From a bacterium (lineage in GTDB: Bacteria > Bacillota > Clostridia > Oscillospirales > Oscillospiraceae), in NCBI GenBank assembly GCA_963650165.1, contig CAVJKX010000008.1, forward strand, positions 1,302-65,301: 64,000 nucleotides of DNA, read 5' to 3'. The position numbers and the translations under genes are program-made. Position 1 is the stretch's first letter; every line of letters begins with the position of its first letter. Shown here in pieces: positions 27,224 to 35,947 of this stretch. A model generated the notes under the pieces. That model did not search any database. It saw nothing but the letters and a program-made list of their open reading frames with translations, and had not been told where the DNA came from.

Positions 27224-28543
27224 TTAATTTCCTTTCTTTTTCCCACTGGTGTTTTTTCTGCCTTTTATATAAATCCACGTTCCGATGATCGCCAGGATGA
27301 TAATTATCGAAACGCAGGAAACAGCTATTATGTTTCCGCTGTTTATGACCGACGCGATAAGGCCGGTCTCGCCGTCCTCGTCCCCGGTCCCGTCGTCCGT
27401 GGTCTCCGCCTCGTCCTCCGACTTGTCGATATCGTAAAACTCGTCTACGGCGTCGGCAGCGGGCTCTTCGCTGACCTCGGGCTCCTCCGTTGCCTCGGGT
27501 TCCTCCGTCGCCTCGGGCTCGGCATCGGTGAAAACGCCCTCGTAAAGAGCATAGATATCGCTGTCTCCGGCGGATACGCAGCTGCACGCCTGGGTGCTCG
27601 CGCTCAGCGACTTATACTGGCTCGAGTGTCTTGAAAGGGTTCTGTCATAGGAGGCGTAAACGCCCGCCCAGTCGCCGAGCTCGAAGCTGTCGCCGAAAAA
27701 TCTTCCGGCGGTGACGTCTATGAGCCGCGTGCCCGACTGCCCGTCCCGCTCAAGCTGCACCTCGCCGGAGCTGAGGCCGAAGCCCGTCAGCGCAGCGTCC
27801 GCGTCGGCTGTTCTGCGGTAGGCAAGGTACGCGACCTCGCCGCTGCCGCCGATATCCTTATCTACATAATGATCGCAGCCGAGCGAGGCGGCGCGGTTCA
27901 CGGCCTCGGCCTTCGTGCCGCCGCTGACAAGGCACACGTCGGCGATATAGCGCTGTATGTCCGGGCTCCGGTACATCAGCAGATATATCTCGCTGTTATA
28001 CACGCCCTTGTCGAGGTTGGCAAGCGTTCCGTCGCTCATGCGCACGGGGGTCGAGCCGTCGTTTCGCAGCGACAGCACCTCGTCGGTATCGGAAAAGCCG
28101 GACGCCGTGTCCAGCGACGTGATCCTGCCGCCCGCCGCACCGTCGCGCGTATAGTAAAGGTACAGCGCCGTGCCGCCGTTTCCGTAGTTGAGGCTGTTTT
28201 CCGAGGCAAGGCTGTAGCTGCATCCGTCATAGCTGAGCGTCTGGCTACACTGCGTTGAAACGACGAGACCGGTTATCGCGTTCGAGCCCTTTTTATAGCC
28301 CAGATACACGGCGCTTCCGTCACTTGAGACAAGATTCAGTCCCTGAAACAGGACCGAGTAGCCCCGGCTTTCGAGGTTCGATCTCCCCTCCGTTCCGACC
28401 GCAATGCTGATCTCGGATATATAGCTCGTCTTTGCGTAGGCGCAGACGCTCAGGCTGCCCGCCGCCGTCAGCACGAGCAGCAGCACGCTCAGCGACCTGA
28501 GCGCATTAGCGAATAGTTTTTTCTTTTTGATCAAGGTCTTCAC
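27224..28543 (-). CDS. exported protein (439 aa) with repeat-motif domains, acidic EPEATEEPEATEEPEVSEEP linker and C-terminal TM anchor
   Basis: GTG start. Signal MKTLIKKKKLFANALRSLSVLLLVLTAAGSLSVCAYA. TSYISEISIAVG...GYSVL...AVYLGYKKGSNAITGLVV; ALYLYYTRDGAAGGRITSLD; RYIADVCLVSGGTKAEAVNRAASLGC...VAYLAYRRTADADAALTGFGL. C-terminus IIAVSCVSIIIILAIIGTWIYI-KGRKNTSGKKKGN. Confidence 0.8.
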   Translation of the reverse strand: MKTLIKKKKLFANALRSLSVLLLVLTAAGSLSVCAYAKTSYISEISIAVGTEGRSNLESRGYSVLFQGLNLVSSDGSAVYLGYKKGSNAITGLVVSTQCSQTLSYDGCSYSLASENSLNYGNGGTALYLYYTRDGAAGGRITSLDTASGFSDTDEVLSLRNDGSTPVRMSDGTLANLDKGVYNSEIYLLMYRSPDIQRYIADVCLVSGGTKAEAVNRAASLGCDHYVDKDIGGSGEVAYLAYRRTADADAALTGFGLSSGEVQLERDGQSGTRLIDVTAGRFFGDSFELGDWAGVYASYDRTLSRHSSQYKSLSASTQACSCVSAGDSDIYALYEGVFTDAEPEATEEPEATEEPEVSEEPAADAVDEFYDIDKSEDEAETTDDGTGDEDGETGLIASVINSGNIIAVSCVSIIIILAIIGTWIYIKGRKNTSGKKKGN

Positions 28544-28553
28544 CGCCCTGTCT

Positions 28554-29207
28554 TCAGCCGTTTGCTTTGGCTTTCTTAACGAATTTTTTCAGTACGAACA
28601 CATTTATGACCATATATATCGACACCGGCAGGAAATAGCCGATGTAATTGGCCACGGCCGACTCCGCCTCGACGAGCAGATTGAACACCGAGTGGAACAC
28701 GACGGCCAGATTGAAGCTGCACAGCACGCCGCAGAGGAAAAGCTTTTTCTTCTTATGTATATAAGGTACGAAGTTTGCAACGAGCATCGTCGTGATGCTG
28801 TGCATCAGGCCCGTGCTGAAGCCGCGTATCATGGCAAAGAGGAAATTTGCCGACGCCAGATGCTGCATGAGGATGATTATATTCTCCAGCATTGCAAAGC
28901 CCACGCCTGTGGCAAATGCTACGGTGGTGATGGACTTTTCGTCGTCGGAAAAAACGTAGGCGTAGTATATCACCGGCAGCACCTTGACAAACTCCTCGGT
29001 GATCGGCGTGACGTTCGTCGTCAGGTACAGCATCGTGCTCTTCGTCATGCGCAGCAGCAGGCCGTTGACCTCGCTGACAAACAGACACAGGAACATTCCC
29101 ATCAGGAGCGCCACGACTATCTTCCGCGACTGCTTCTCTATCGGTATCAGCATCATGCCCAGCGGGACGGCGATGCAGATAAACAGAATGTAGCTCATTG
29201 AATCCAT
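28554..29207 (-). CDS. PrsW-family intramembrane protease-like protein (217 aa, polytopic)
   Basis: Motifs in hydrophobic context: PITEEFVKVLP (EExxK), GFAMLEN (FxxxE), HSITT and HSVFN (HxxxN). These match what I recall of PrsW/CPBP-superfamily catalytic motifs. Confidence 0.6.
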   Translation of the reverse strand: MDSMSYILFICIAVPLGMMLIPIEKQSRKIVVALLMGMFLCLFVSEVNGLLLRMTKSTMLYLTTNVTPITEEFVKVLPVIYYAYVFSDDEKSITTVAFATGVGFAMLENIIILMQHLASANFLFAMIRGFSTGLMHSITTMLVANFVPYIHKKKKLFLCGVLCSFNLAVVFHSVFNLLVEAESAVANYIGYFLPVSIYMVINVFVLKKFVKKAKANG

Positions 29208-29857
29208 TTTTTCGTCTCCTTATTAAGAAGCGGAAGAAATACGACGTACAGGACGCCCAGCAGCGCCTGAATGACAACGGGACTGCTGAACGAGACGCAG
29301 TAAAGCCCGACCTCGGCGAGCGTGAGCAGCTCCAGCGCCAGGCACATGGCATTGAAGCTCCGCAGCGCCCTTATTATGCCGCCCTCGACGTCCGGTATGA
29401 TCAGATGCTTGAGGTTGAAGTATCCGGCAAGGCCCGCGAGCAGCAGCAGGACCGCGAAGGAAATGCGCACATCGAGCGCGGCCCCGTCATAGCAGAGCGC
29501 AAGCACCGCAAGCGCAAGCTCCGCCGCCGGAAGTATCAGCGCGAGCAGCCTGTATTTTGCGTATCCCCTATCCTCCTCGTCGAGCAGGTGGTCGATCGCG
29601 CCGACGTTCGGCAGATACAGGAACAGGAAGAACGCGGCAAAGCCCAGAAAGCCGATATTGAAGCCGTCCGGCAGCTCGCCGTAGCACAGGAGCGTCACGA
29701 TATAAAAGGCGCGCAGAAAGACCTGGCAGGCGATCGGGAAGATCATCAGCCGGAAATACAGCGGCTGCTTCCTCCTGTATGTGGCCGTCAGGCCGTAGAT
29801 CAGACCCGCACAGGCACAGATAAACAGATATATGTTTGTCACGGCGGCAAGTTTCAT
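29195..29857 (-). CDS. polytopic membrane protein, unknown family (220 aa)
   Basis: About 6-7 hydrophobic helices. ATG at 29857 is preferred (GAGGAGAG RBS) over 29878. Overlaps the PrsW-like gene by 13 nt. Confidence 0.7.
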   Translation of the reverse strand: MKLAAVTNIYLFICACAGLIYGLTATYRRKQPLYFRLMIFPIACQVFLRAFYIVTLLCYGELPDGFNIGFLGFAAFFLFLYLPNVGAIDHLLDEEDRGYAKYRLLALILPAAELALAVLALCYDGAALDVRISFAVLLLLAGLAGYFNLKHLIIPDVEGGIIRALRSFNAMCLALELLTLAEVGLYCVSFSSPVVIQALLGVLYVVFLPLLNKETKKWIQ

Positions 29858-29917
29858 CCGGCGCTCTCCTCTCACCATAAACGCAGCTCAATGCGCATGA
29901 TATAACTTTGACATAGT

Positions 29918-29946
29918 ATTGTACCATCGTGATTATTCAACGTCAA
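29918..29946 (-). promoter_or_regulatory. strong sigma-A-type promoter of the nine-gene operon
   Basis: Minus strand: TTGACG (29946-29941), 17-nt spacer, TACAAT (29923-29918), ~60 nt upstream of the first ATG. Confidence 0.55.
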
Positions 29947-30016
29947 GCGGTACGCTGCATTTTTTGCCGAATTTTCAGCTTTTCCAACGCTTTGCGCCCC
30001 GTCTGTCCCCGATATG

Positions 30017-30051
30017 AAAAGCCCGGACCTGACATTGCATCAGATCCGGGC
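30017..30051 (-). terminator. rho-independent terminator of the AIM24-like gene
   Basis: GCCCGGATCTGA-tgcaatg-TCAGGTCCGGGC (1 mismatch) followed by TTTT on the minus strand. It insulates the operon promoter from upstream transcription. Confidence 0.65.
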
Positions 30052-30089
30052 CGTGATAGGTTGTAAGCGGTAATTTTTGGCGTCGAATA

Positions 30090-30767
30090 TCAGCCGTTGC
30101 CCGTGGGGATATAGGGCAGGAGCGCCGAGGCGACGCCGCTGATGGGCATGGTCTGGAGCCAGACCTTACCGGGGCCGGTCAGCACCGTGTTGAACAGACC
30201 CTCGCCGCCGAGGAGCTTGTTTTTAAGTCCCGGCACCTCGCGGATCTCCATCTTCACGCCGTCGGTAAAGCCTGCGACATTGCCCGTATCCACGACAAGC
30301 TGCTCGCCGCCGGACAGCTCATACTCGACCAGCTCGCCGTCGATCTCGGCAAAAGCCGTTCCGCTGCCGCTCAGGCGCTGCATGATGAAGCCCTCGCCGC
30401 CGAAAAGTCCCGCGCTGAGCTTCTTGTTGAAATGAATGGACAGCTCAACGCCGGCCTCCGACGCGAGAAACGCGCTTTTTTGCAGGATCATGTCCTGCCC
30501 CGGCCTGATGTCCAGCGCAAGTATTTTGCCGGGGAAGCTCGATCCGAAGGTGATCATGCCGCTGCCCTTCGCCGTGTAGATATTCTGAAACATGCTCTCG
30601 CCGGAAAACATCTTGGAAAACATTTTTCCGAGGCCGCCGCCCTTGGTCTCCATGCTCATGTTCGGGGTCATCCAAACCATGGAGCCGCGCTCGGTGATCA
30701 TCCGCTCGCCGTCGCTGAGCTCGCACGTCACGACGGGAAACGCCCCGCCCTTGATCTCATAACGCAT
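30090..30767 (-). CDS. AIM24/TIGR00266-family protein (DUF124)
   Basis: MRYEIKGGAFPVVTCELSDGERMITERGSMVWM...GEGLFNTVLTGPGKVWLQTMP is the typical AIM24 beta-rich family signature. AGGAGG RBS. Confidence 0.75.
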   Translation of the reverse strand: MRYEIKGGAFPVVTCELSDGERMITERGSMVWMTPNMSMETKGGGLGKMFSKMFSGESMFQNIYTAKGSGMITFGSSFPGKILALDIRPGQDMILQKSAFLASEAGVELSIHFNKKLSAGLFGGEGFIMQRLSGSGTAFAEIDGELVEYELSGGEQLVVDTGNVAGFTDGVKMEIREVPGLKNKLLGGEGLFNTVLTGPGKVWLQTMPISGVASALLPYIPTGNG

Positions 30768-30925
30768 GTTGATTTTCCTCCTTAAGTTTTGTGTATGCTA
30801 TTGTATACTGTTTTTGCCCGTGCGGCAAGGGAAAAGCCGCGTTTGACAGCATAAATCGTCCGACGCTGCCCGGGACGTTCGGGAATTTGACCTTTCCTCC
30901 GTCTGCACATAGCTTTGCAATTTGC

Positions 30926-32008
30926 TTATATATCTCCGCGGAGCTGATCTGAGTCTGCCTTGATAATCCTGCGCTTGAGCTCGATGAACTTCAGCATCTG
31001 CTCGTGTGTGGGGATCGGAGAGGATTCGCGGTATATTATCTCGGGCTCGATGAGTATCGAATCCGGCTCGTTCAGCCTTCCGGTCGCCAGTCCTACGGCT
31101 ACCTTGATCGCCCGCTGCGAGGCCTCGGCGATTTTCATGTCAACAACGGTTATCGACGGACTGCACTTTGCAAAAAAGGGAGCATAGCTCGTACCTGTCG
31201 TTATGATGTCGATGTCCTTGCCGACCACCGCACCCGCCTCGTTAAAGGCTCTGACCATTCCGAATGCCGCCGTGTCGTAAACGCTCATTATGACACGGGG
31301 CAATTTTTTTGTGCTCATGAGCTTGTGCCCTATCTCGTAGCCGTCGTCGGCGCCGTTATTGCAGTAAAGCACCTTCGTTTCGATGTTTATGCCGTAGCTG
31401 CGGCAGACGTCATATATTGCCTGGCTCCGCCGGTTCATGCCGAGGTGCGGGATCACGTTGCGCACGAGGACGATATCGTCTCCACCGCGGGCAATGGCCT
31501 GCTCCGCGACGAGACGGCCGACCCTGACATAGTCCACTCCGACGCAGCAGTAGCTTTCCAGCTGCCGGTTAACGATGACTGCCGGTACTCGCGGACGGCT
31601 CTTTTCGAGAGCCTGTATATCCGCCGTGTTGGGCGAGTAAATGACCGCAACATCGAAGTTTTTGCCGCTCCAGAGAATATCAGAGTTGCCGAGGGCGTTG
31701 TATTCGTAGGGATAAATGCTTATATCCACGGGCTCGGTCTCAAACTGCAGGGCAAGATTTATGCCTTCGACGATGTTTGGGATCATCGTTTCAAGATTTC
31801 TGGCCGGCCAGAAGCAGCCGATACGGATATTTTTCGGCTTATGATCGGACTTGCGGGCCTTGTATTCAAGCTCCGCTGCCGCCGCCCTGATCTCCTCCTG
31901 GACCTCGCGCGATATCCTGCGCCTGTCGCCCTGCCCGTTGAGAACATAGGAAACCGCAGCCGTTGAAACACCGCATTTTTTTGCTATGTCGGATAATGTG
32001 GCCATCAT
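30926..32008 (-). CDS. LacI-family transcriptional regulator
   Basis: ATLSDIAKKCGVSTAAVSYVLNG HTH plus a periplasmic-binding-protein-like core. Divergent from the lyase operon. Confidence 0.85.
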   Translation of the reverse strand: MMATLSDIAKKCGVSTAAVSYVLNGQGDRRRISREVQEEIRAAAAELEYKARKSDHKPKNIRIGCFWPARNLETMIPNIVEGINLALQFETEPVDISIYPYEYNALGNSDILWSGKNFDVAVIYSPNTADIQALEKSRPRVPAVIVNRQLESYCCVGVDYVRVGRLVAEQAIARGGDDIVLVRNVIPHLGMNRRSQAIYDVCRSYGINIETKVLYCNNGADDGYEIGHKLMSTKKLPRVIMSVYDTAAFGMVRAFNEAGAVVGKDIDIITTGTSYAPFFAKCSPSITVVDMKIAEASQRAIKVAVGLATGRLNEPDSILIEPEIIYRESSPIPTHEQMLKFIELKRRIIKADSDQLRGDI

Positions 32009-32275
32009 TTTCTCTCCTTAAGTTATCACACTGCAATATTCATATTACTATTTAACCGCTTATTAAGTCAAGAATAAAAGCAAATTTAAGCACGAAAAGC
32101 AGAATATATTTGCTTAAAAGTTGAATATTAAGCAGCTGTTTGTGAGATATGTCAAATTCGACGGTAATGCATTTAACACACTTAACAAAGATGAAATAAA
32201 ATATTGACATTAATTTTGCTTAAAATTACATTAAAAACAGTTAAGAAATGTATATTAAGCAAGAGGAGGACAACT

Positions 32276-33178
32276 ATGGCAAGAAAGATAAGCGTGCTTG
32301 AATGCGGTCCGCGTGACGGCTGGCAGAATCTGAAGGAGATCATTCCTACGGGAACGAAGCTCGAGCTTATTGACGACATGCTGGCCTGCGGCATTTCCAC
32401 CATGGAGGTGACCTCGTTTGTGAGCCCGAAGGCGATACCGCAGATGGCGGACGCCGCGGCCGTCGCCGAATACTGCGTCGGCAAATATCCGGACAGGACG
32501 CTTTACGCGCTGGTACCGAACTACAGAGGCGCACAGAATGCGGCAGCGGCAGGAATAAAGCACATAACATATGTCATCTCGCTCAGTCAGACCCACAACA
32601 AGGCCAACATAAACCGTACACACGAACAGTCGTTTGAGGAGCTTGCAAGGATAATCGAGGACTTCCCCGACATGAAGATAAGCATCGGAATGGCGACGAG
32701 CTTCGGCTGCCCCTTTGAGGGAATACCGAAGATAAGCGAGGCGGCGGCTTTTGCAAAGCGCATATGCGACGCCGGAGTCAGCTCCATCTACCTCGCTGAC
32801 ACTATAGGTATAGCCGACCCGCGTCAGGTGCGCGAGACAATAGCCGCCGTGCGCAGCGCAGTTCCCGACTGTCAGCTGCAGGTGCACATCCACGATACCC
32901 GCGGCATGGGCATGGTAAACACGCTGGCGGCGATCGAGAGCGGCGTTGATATCGTGCAGTCCACTCTCGGCGGCCTCGGAGGCTGCCCGTTTGCACCGGG
33001 AGCATCCGGAAACCTTGCGACGGAGGATCTTGTGTACATGCTCGACCGCATGGGTTACGAAACCGGCATTGATTTTGAAAAGCTGCTGGAGATCTCCAAA
33101 AAGCAGAAAGAGCTTATAAAGGACGGCGTCTACAGCGGCCATCAGATGAATATAGCAGCAAAAAGTAAGTGTTATTGA
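32276..33178 (+). CDS. HMGL-like lyase (hydroxymethylglutaryl-CoA lyase family)
   Basis: ISVLECGPRDGWQN ... EVTSFVSPKAIPQMAD ... HIHDTRGMG ... GGLGGCPFAPGASGNLATEDL. GAGGAGGA RBS; the track start at 32204 is an extension. Confidence 0.85.
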   Translation: MARKISVLECGPRDGWQNLKEIIPTGTKLELIDDMLACGISTMEVTSFVSPKAIPQMADAAAVAEYCVGKYPDRTLYALVPNYRGAQNAAAAGIKHITYVISLSQTHNKANINRTHEQSFEELARIIEDFPDMKISIGMATSFGCPFEGIPKISEAAAFAKRICDAGVSSIYLADTIGIADPRQVRETIAAVRSAVPDCQLQVHIHDTRGMGMVNTLAAIESGVDIVQSTLGGLGGCPFAPGASGNLATEDLVYMLDRMGYETGIDFEKLLEISKKQKELIKDGVYSGHQMNIAAKSKCY

Positions 33179-33197
33179 TGATAAGGAGTTGATTTGT

Positions 33198-34385
33198 ATG
33201 GATGCACTTGAAGACCTTGTGGTCCTCGATCTTACGCGAGTTCTGGCCGGCCCGTACAGCACTATGATGCTGGCGGACTTCGGAGCAAAGGTCATAAAGA
33301 TCGAGGTGCCCGTCAAGGGCGACGACACGCGCTCTATGGGACCGTTCAAAAACGGCTCGAGCCTCTACTACGCGAATGTCAACCGCAACAAGAAGGGAAT
33401 AACGCTCAACCTCAAATCCGACGAGGGAAAGAAAATGTTCCTTGAGATGGTGAAGAAGGCTGACATAGTCGTCGAAAACTACCGTCCTGGCGTTATGGAC
33501 AGGCTCGGCCTCGGATATGATGTACTCAAGCAGGAAAACGAGCGCATAATCTACGCTGCGGTCTCCGGCTTCGGCAGCTACGGCCGCTTCCGCAGCCGTC
33601 CCGGCTACGACATAATCGCCCAGTCATACGGCGGCCTGATGAGCATAACCGGTGAAGCGGGCGGACACCCGCTGCGCGTCGGCAACGCCATGGGCGATGT
33701 TCTCGGCGGAATGAACCTCACGATCGGCATACTAGCTGCTGTGCATGCAAGGCAGCTCAGCGGCAAGGGGCAGAGAGTGGACGTTTCCCTCGTTGACAGC
33801 GTAGTTTCCTCCCTTGAAACCGGAACACAGCGCTATTTCGCATCCGGCGAGGAGCCTGAGCTCATAGGCAACCGCTATGCCGCGGCCTATCCCTACGATT
33901 CCTTCGCCGCTTCCGACGGACATTTTGTCATCGGCTGCGCGAACGACAAGCTCTTCAAGCTCCTGTGCGAGGCCATCGGCAGAGAGGATCTGCTGGCCGA
34001 CGAACGCTTTTCGACCAATGTTCTGAGATGCGAAAACTACGCCGCGCTCAAGCCCGAGATAGAGAAATGGAGCTCCGTGCGTACTATAGACGAGTGCTTC
34101 GGAATAATAAACAAGGCCGGCGTGCCCGTCTCCCCGATAAACGGGCTCAGCCGCGTAACGACCGACCCTCATATTGTCAATGACCGCGAGATGTTTGTCA
34201 GCATAAAGCACCCGGAGATAGGCGAGATGAAGGTAAACGGCAATCCTGTCAAGCTTCTGGATACCATGCCGAAGATCAAAACTCCGGCGCCGACGCTCGG
34301 TCAGGATAACGAGCAGATCTACGCTGAGCTTCTCGGTCTCGGCCCGGATGAGCTTGAAAAGCTCAGAAGTGCGGGAACGATATAA
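33198..34385 (+). CDS. family III CoA-transferase (CaiB/BaiF/Frc family)
   Basis: LEDLVVLDLTRVLAGPYSTMMLADFGAKVIKIE ... ADIVVENYRPGVMDRLGLGYD ... GGxGD-type loop. Confidence 0.85.
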   Translation: MDALEDLVVLDLTRVLAGPYSTMMLADFGAKVIKIEVPVKGDDTRSMGPFKNGSSLYYANVNRNKKGITLNLKSDEGKKMFLEMVKKADIVVENYRPGVMDRLGLGYDVLKQENERIIYAAVSGFGSYGRFRSRPGYDIIAQSYGGLMSITGEAGGHPLRVGNAMGDVLGGMNLTIGILAAVHARQLSGKGQRVDVSLVDSVVSSLETGTQRYFASGEEPELIGNRYAAAYPYDSFAASDGHFVIGCANDKLFKLLCEAIGREDLLADERFSTNVLRCENYAALKPEIEKWSSVRTIDECFGIINKAGVPVSPINGLSRVTTDPHIVNDREMFVSIKHPEIGEMKVNGNPVKLLDTMPKIKTPAPTLGQDNEQIYAELLGLGPDELEKLRSAGTI

Positions 34386-34456
34386 GAAACCGTACTTAAA
34401 TGACGGAAGTACAGCACATAAACGCAAAATAAAATATTGTACAAGGAGAAATATGT

Positions 34457-35926
34457 ATGAACAAGAAAGAAACATCTAAAAACATACAGATCATAATTGC
34501 TCTCTTTATTATGTTCGCAGCGGGGTATATAATACCGCCTTGGGGACCCGTAACAAGAATGGGCGTACAGTATCTGTGCATCATGATCGGCTGGATCTAT
34601 CTGAGTATTATCACCGGCGGTCTGCTCCTGTCCTCGGTCCTGAGCCTCACGGCATGCGTCATACCCGGATACTATACGGCAGGCTCGATAGTTCAGGCGA
34701 CCCTCGGCAACAGCATCACCATTCTGATCATCTTCATCTTCATAATGGTGTACATTTTCCAGAAGACAGATACCGGCGAATTTCTCGTGAGGTGGTTCCT
34801 CTCGCGCAAGATTGTCAACGGCCGTCCCTACCTGTTTACGGCGTTTTACTTCCTCGCGGTTATCGTCATAGGCGCGGTCATCGGCTCCTTCGGCATAATA
34901 TTGCTCGCAATCGCAATACTTACCGCAATATCGGAAGTTACCGGCATGGACAAGAAAGATGATTACTTCCGTTTTCTTCTGCTTTCAACGGTTGCCCTGT
35001 CGGGAACGACCGAGGTGTTCTTCCCCTTCAAACCGTATGCGGCTCTGTATATGAGCATATTCGACAACACGCTCAGCAGCATCGGCACGGCGTGCGACGG
35101 AAACACATGGCTCATCACCTCGATAATCATTGCCGTGTTCTCCTTCCTGATTCTTATGCTGCTGGCCCGCTTTGTGTTCAAGTTCGATATGACCAAAATG
35201 AAGGCTCTTGACGTATCGGTCCTGCAGACTGAAAAATTCAGAAAGATGAATGCGAAGCAGGTAATTGTTCTGATCGCCGTTATTCTCACCTTCTTCTACC
35301 CGTTCTTCCTCATGCTGATCCCCGAGACAAGCGGAGTCTACGCCTTCTTCAACGGCATCGGTCAGTATCTGTTTATGGGCTTTGTCGTATGCATTCTCTG
35401 CCTTATCAAGATTAAGGGTGAAAACATAGCCGAGATCAATGACGTTTTCAAGAACGGTACCAACTGGCAGATAATCTTTGCCGTCGGCGCGGTGATTGCC
35501 ATAGGCGGCGCAATGTCGGCAGAGGACAGCGGCGTTGCCTCTTGGCTGCTGAGCATCTTCCAGGGACTGTTCGGAGACATGAGCATTGTTTCGATGGTAA
35601 TAATCGTCAGCATCCTCAGCTGCGTGATCACGCAGTTCTTCTCCAACTCCGCCACGGCGATACTGTTCCTGTCCGCATTGGCGCCTATGGCGGTGGTCCT
35701 GTATCAGCAGGGCGTAAACGTTTCCGTTTTCCCGTGCATCATCGGTATCGGCACGCTGACGGCCTGCCTGCTGCCCTCAGGTTCCGGTCAGTCGGCCATC
35801 ATGCTCGGCACCGATATATTCGCCGAAGACGGTCAGACCTGGGCGCTTTCAAAGGGCCTGATAGTTTTCGCAGGCATTGCGGTTGCAGTGACCGCTGCCG
35901 GTATTGTCAGCATTCTTGTCCTCTAA
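34457..35926 (+). CDS. anion/carboxylate permease of the ArsB/NhaD-DASS superfamily
   Basis: 489 aa, highly hydrophobic. ITQFFSNSATAILF resembles the SNT motif of DASS/citrate-type carriers. Substrate unknown. Confidence 0.6.
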   Translation: MNKKETSKNIQIIIALFIMFAAGYIIPPWGPVTRMGVQYLCIMIGWIYLSIITGGLLLSSVLSLTACVIPGYYTAGSIVQATLGNSITILIIFIFIMVYIFQKTDTGEFLVRWFLSRKIVNGRPYLFTAFYFLAVIVIGAVIGSFGIILLAIAILTAISEVTGMDKKDDYFRFLLLSTVALSGTTEVFFPFKPYAALYMSIFDNTLSSIGTACDGNTWLITSIIIAVFSFLILMLLARFVFKFDMTKMKALDVSVLQTEKFRKMNAKQVIVLIAVILTFFYPFFLMLIPETSGVYAFFNGIGQYLFMGFVVCILCLIKIKGENIAEINDVFKNGTNWQIIFAVGAVIAIGGAMSAEDSGVASWLLSIFQGLFGDMSIVSMVIIVSILSCVITQFFSNSATAILFLSALAPMAVVLYQQGVNVSVFPCIIGIGTLTACLLPSGSGQSAIMLGTDIFAEDGQTWALSKGLIVFAGIAVAVTAAGIVSILVL

Positions 35927-35947
35927 AAATGAAAGGCATATGCAGCA

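Noticed and set aside
14539-28258. Many plus-strand ORFs inside the big operon (e.g. 14848..16719 623 aa, 20275..21765 496 aa, 23238..24002, and the three near-identical 274-aa ORFs at 21820, 24057 and 26297)
   Set aside because: They are antisense to strongly supported minus-strand genes. The three 274-aa ORFs resemble each other only because the sense genes are paralogs. They have no RBSs and a biased composition.
13102-28543. Sortase-anchored (LPXTG) surface proteins or S-layer (SLH) proteins
   Set aside because: I found no LPXTG-like motif preceding the C-terminal TM segments and no SLH, CWB2 or choline-binding repeats by eye. The anchors look like plain stop-transfer TMs with Lys-rich tails. 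This needs confirmation by profile search.
13102-29857. Operon as a prophage, ICE or other mobile island
   Set aside because: No integrase, transposase, tRNA-adjacent att-like repeats or phage structural genes are present. By eye, codon usage and GC look like the rest of the window.
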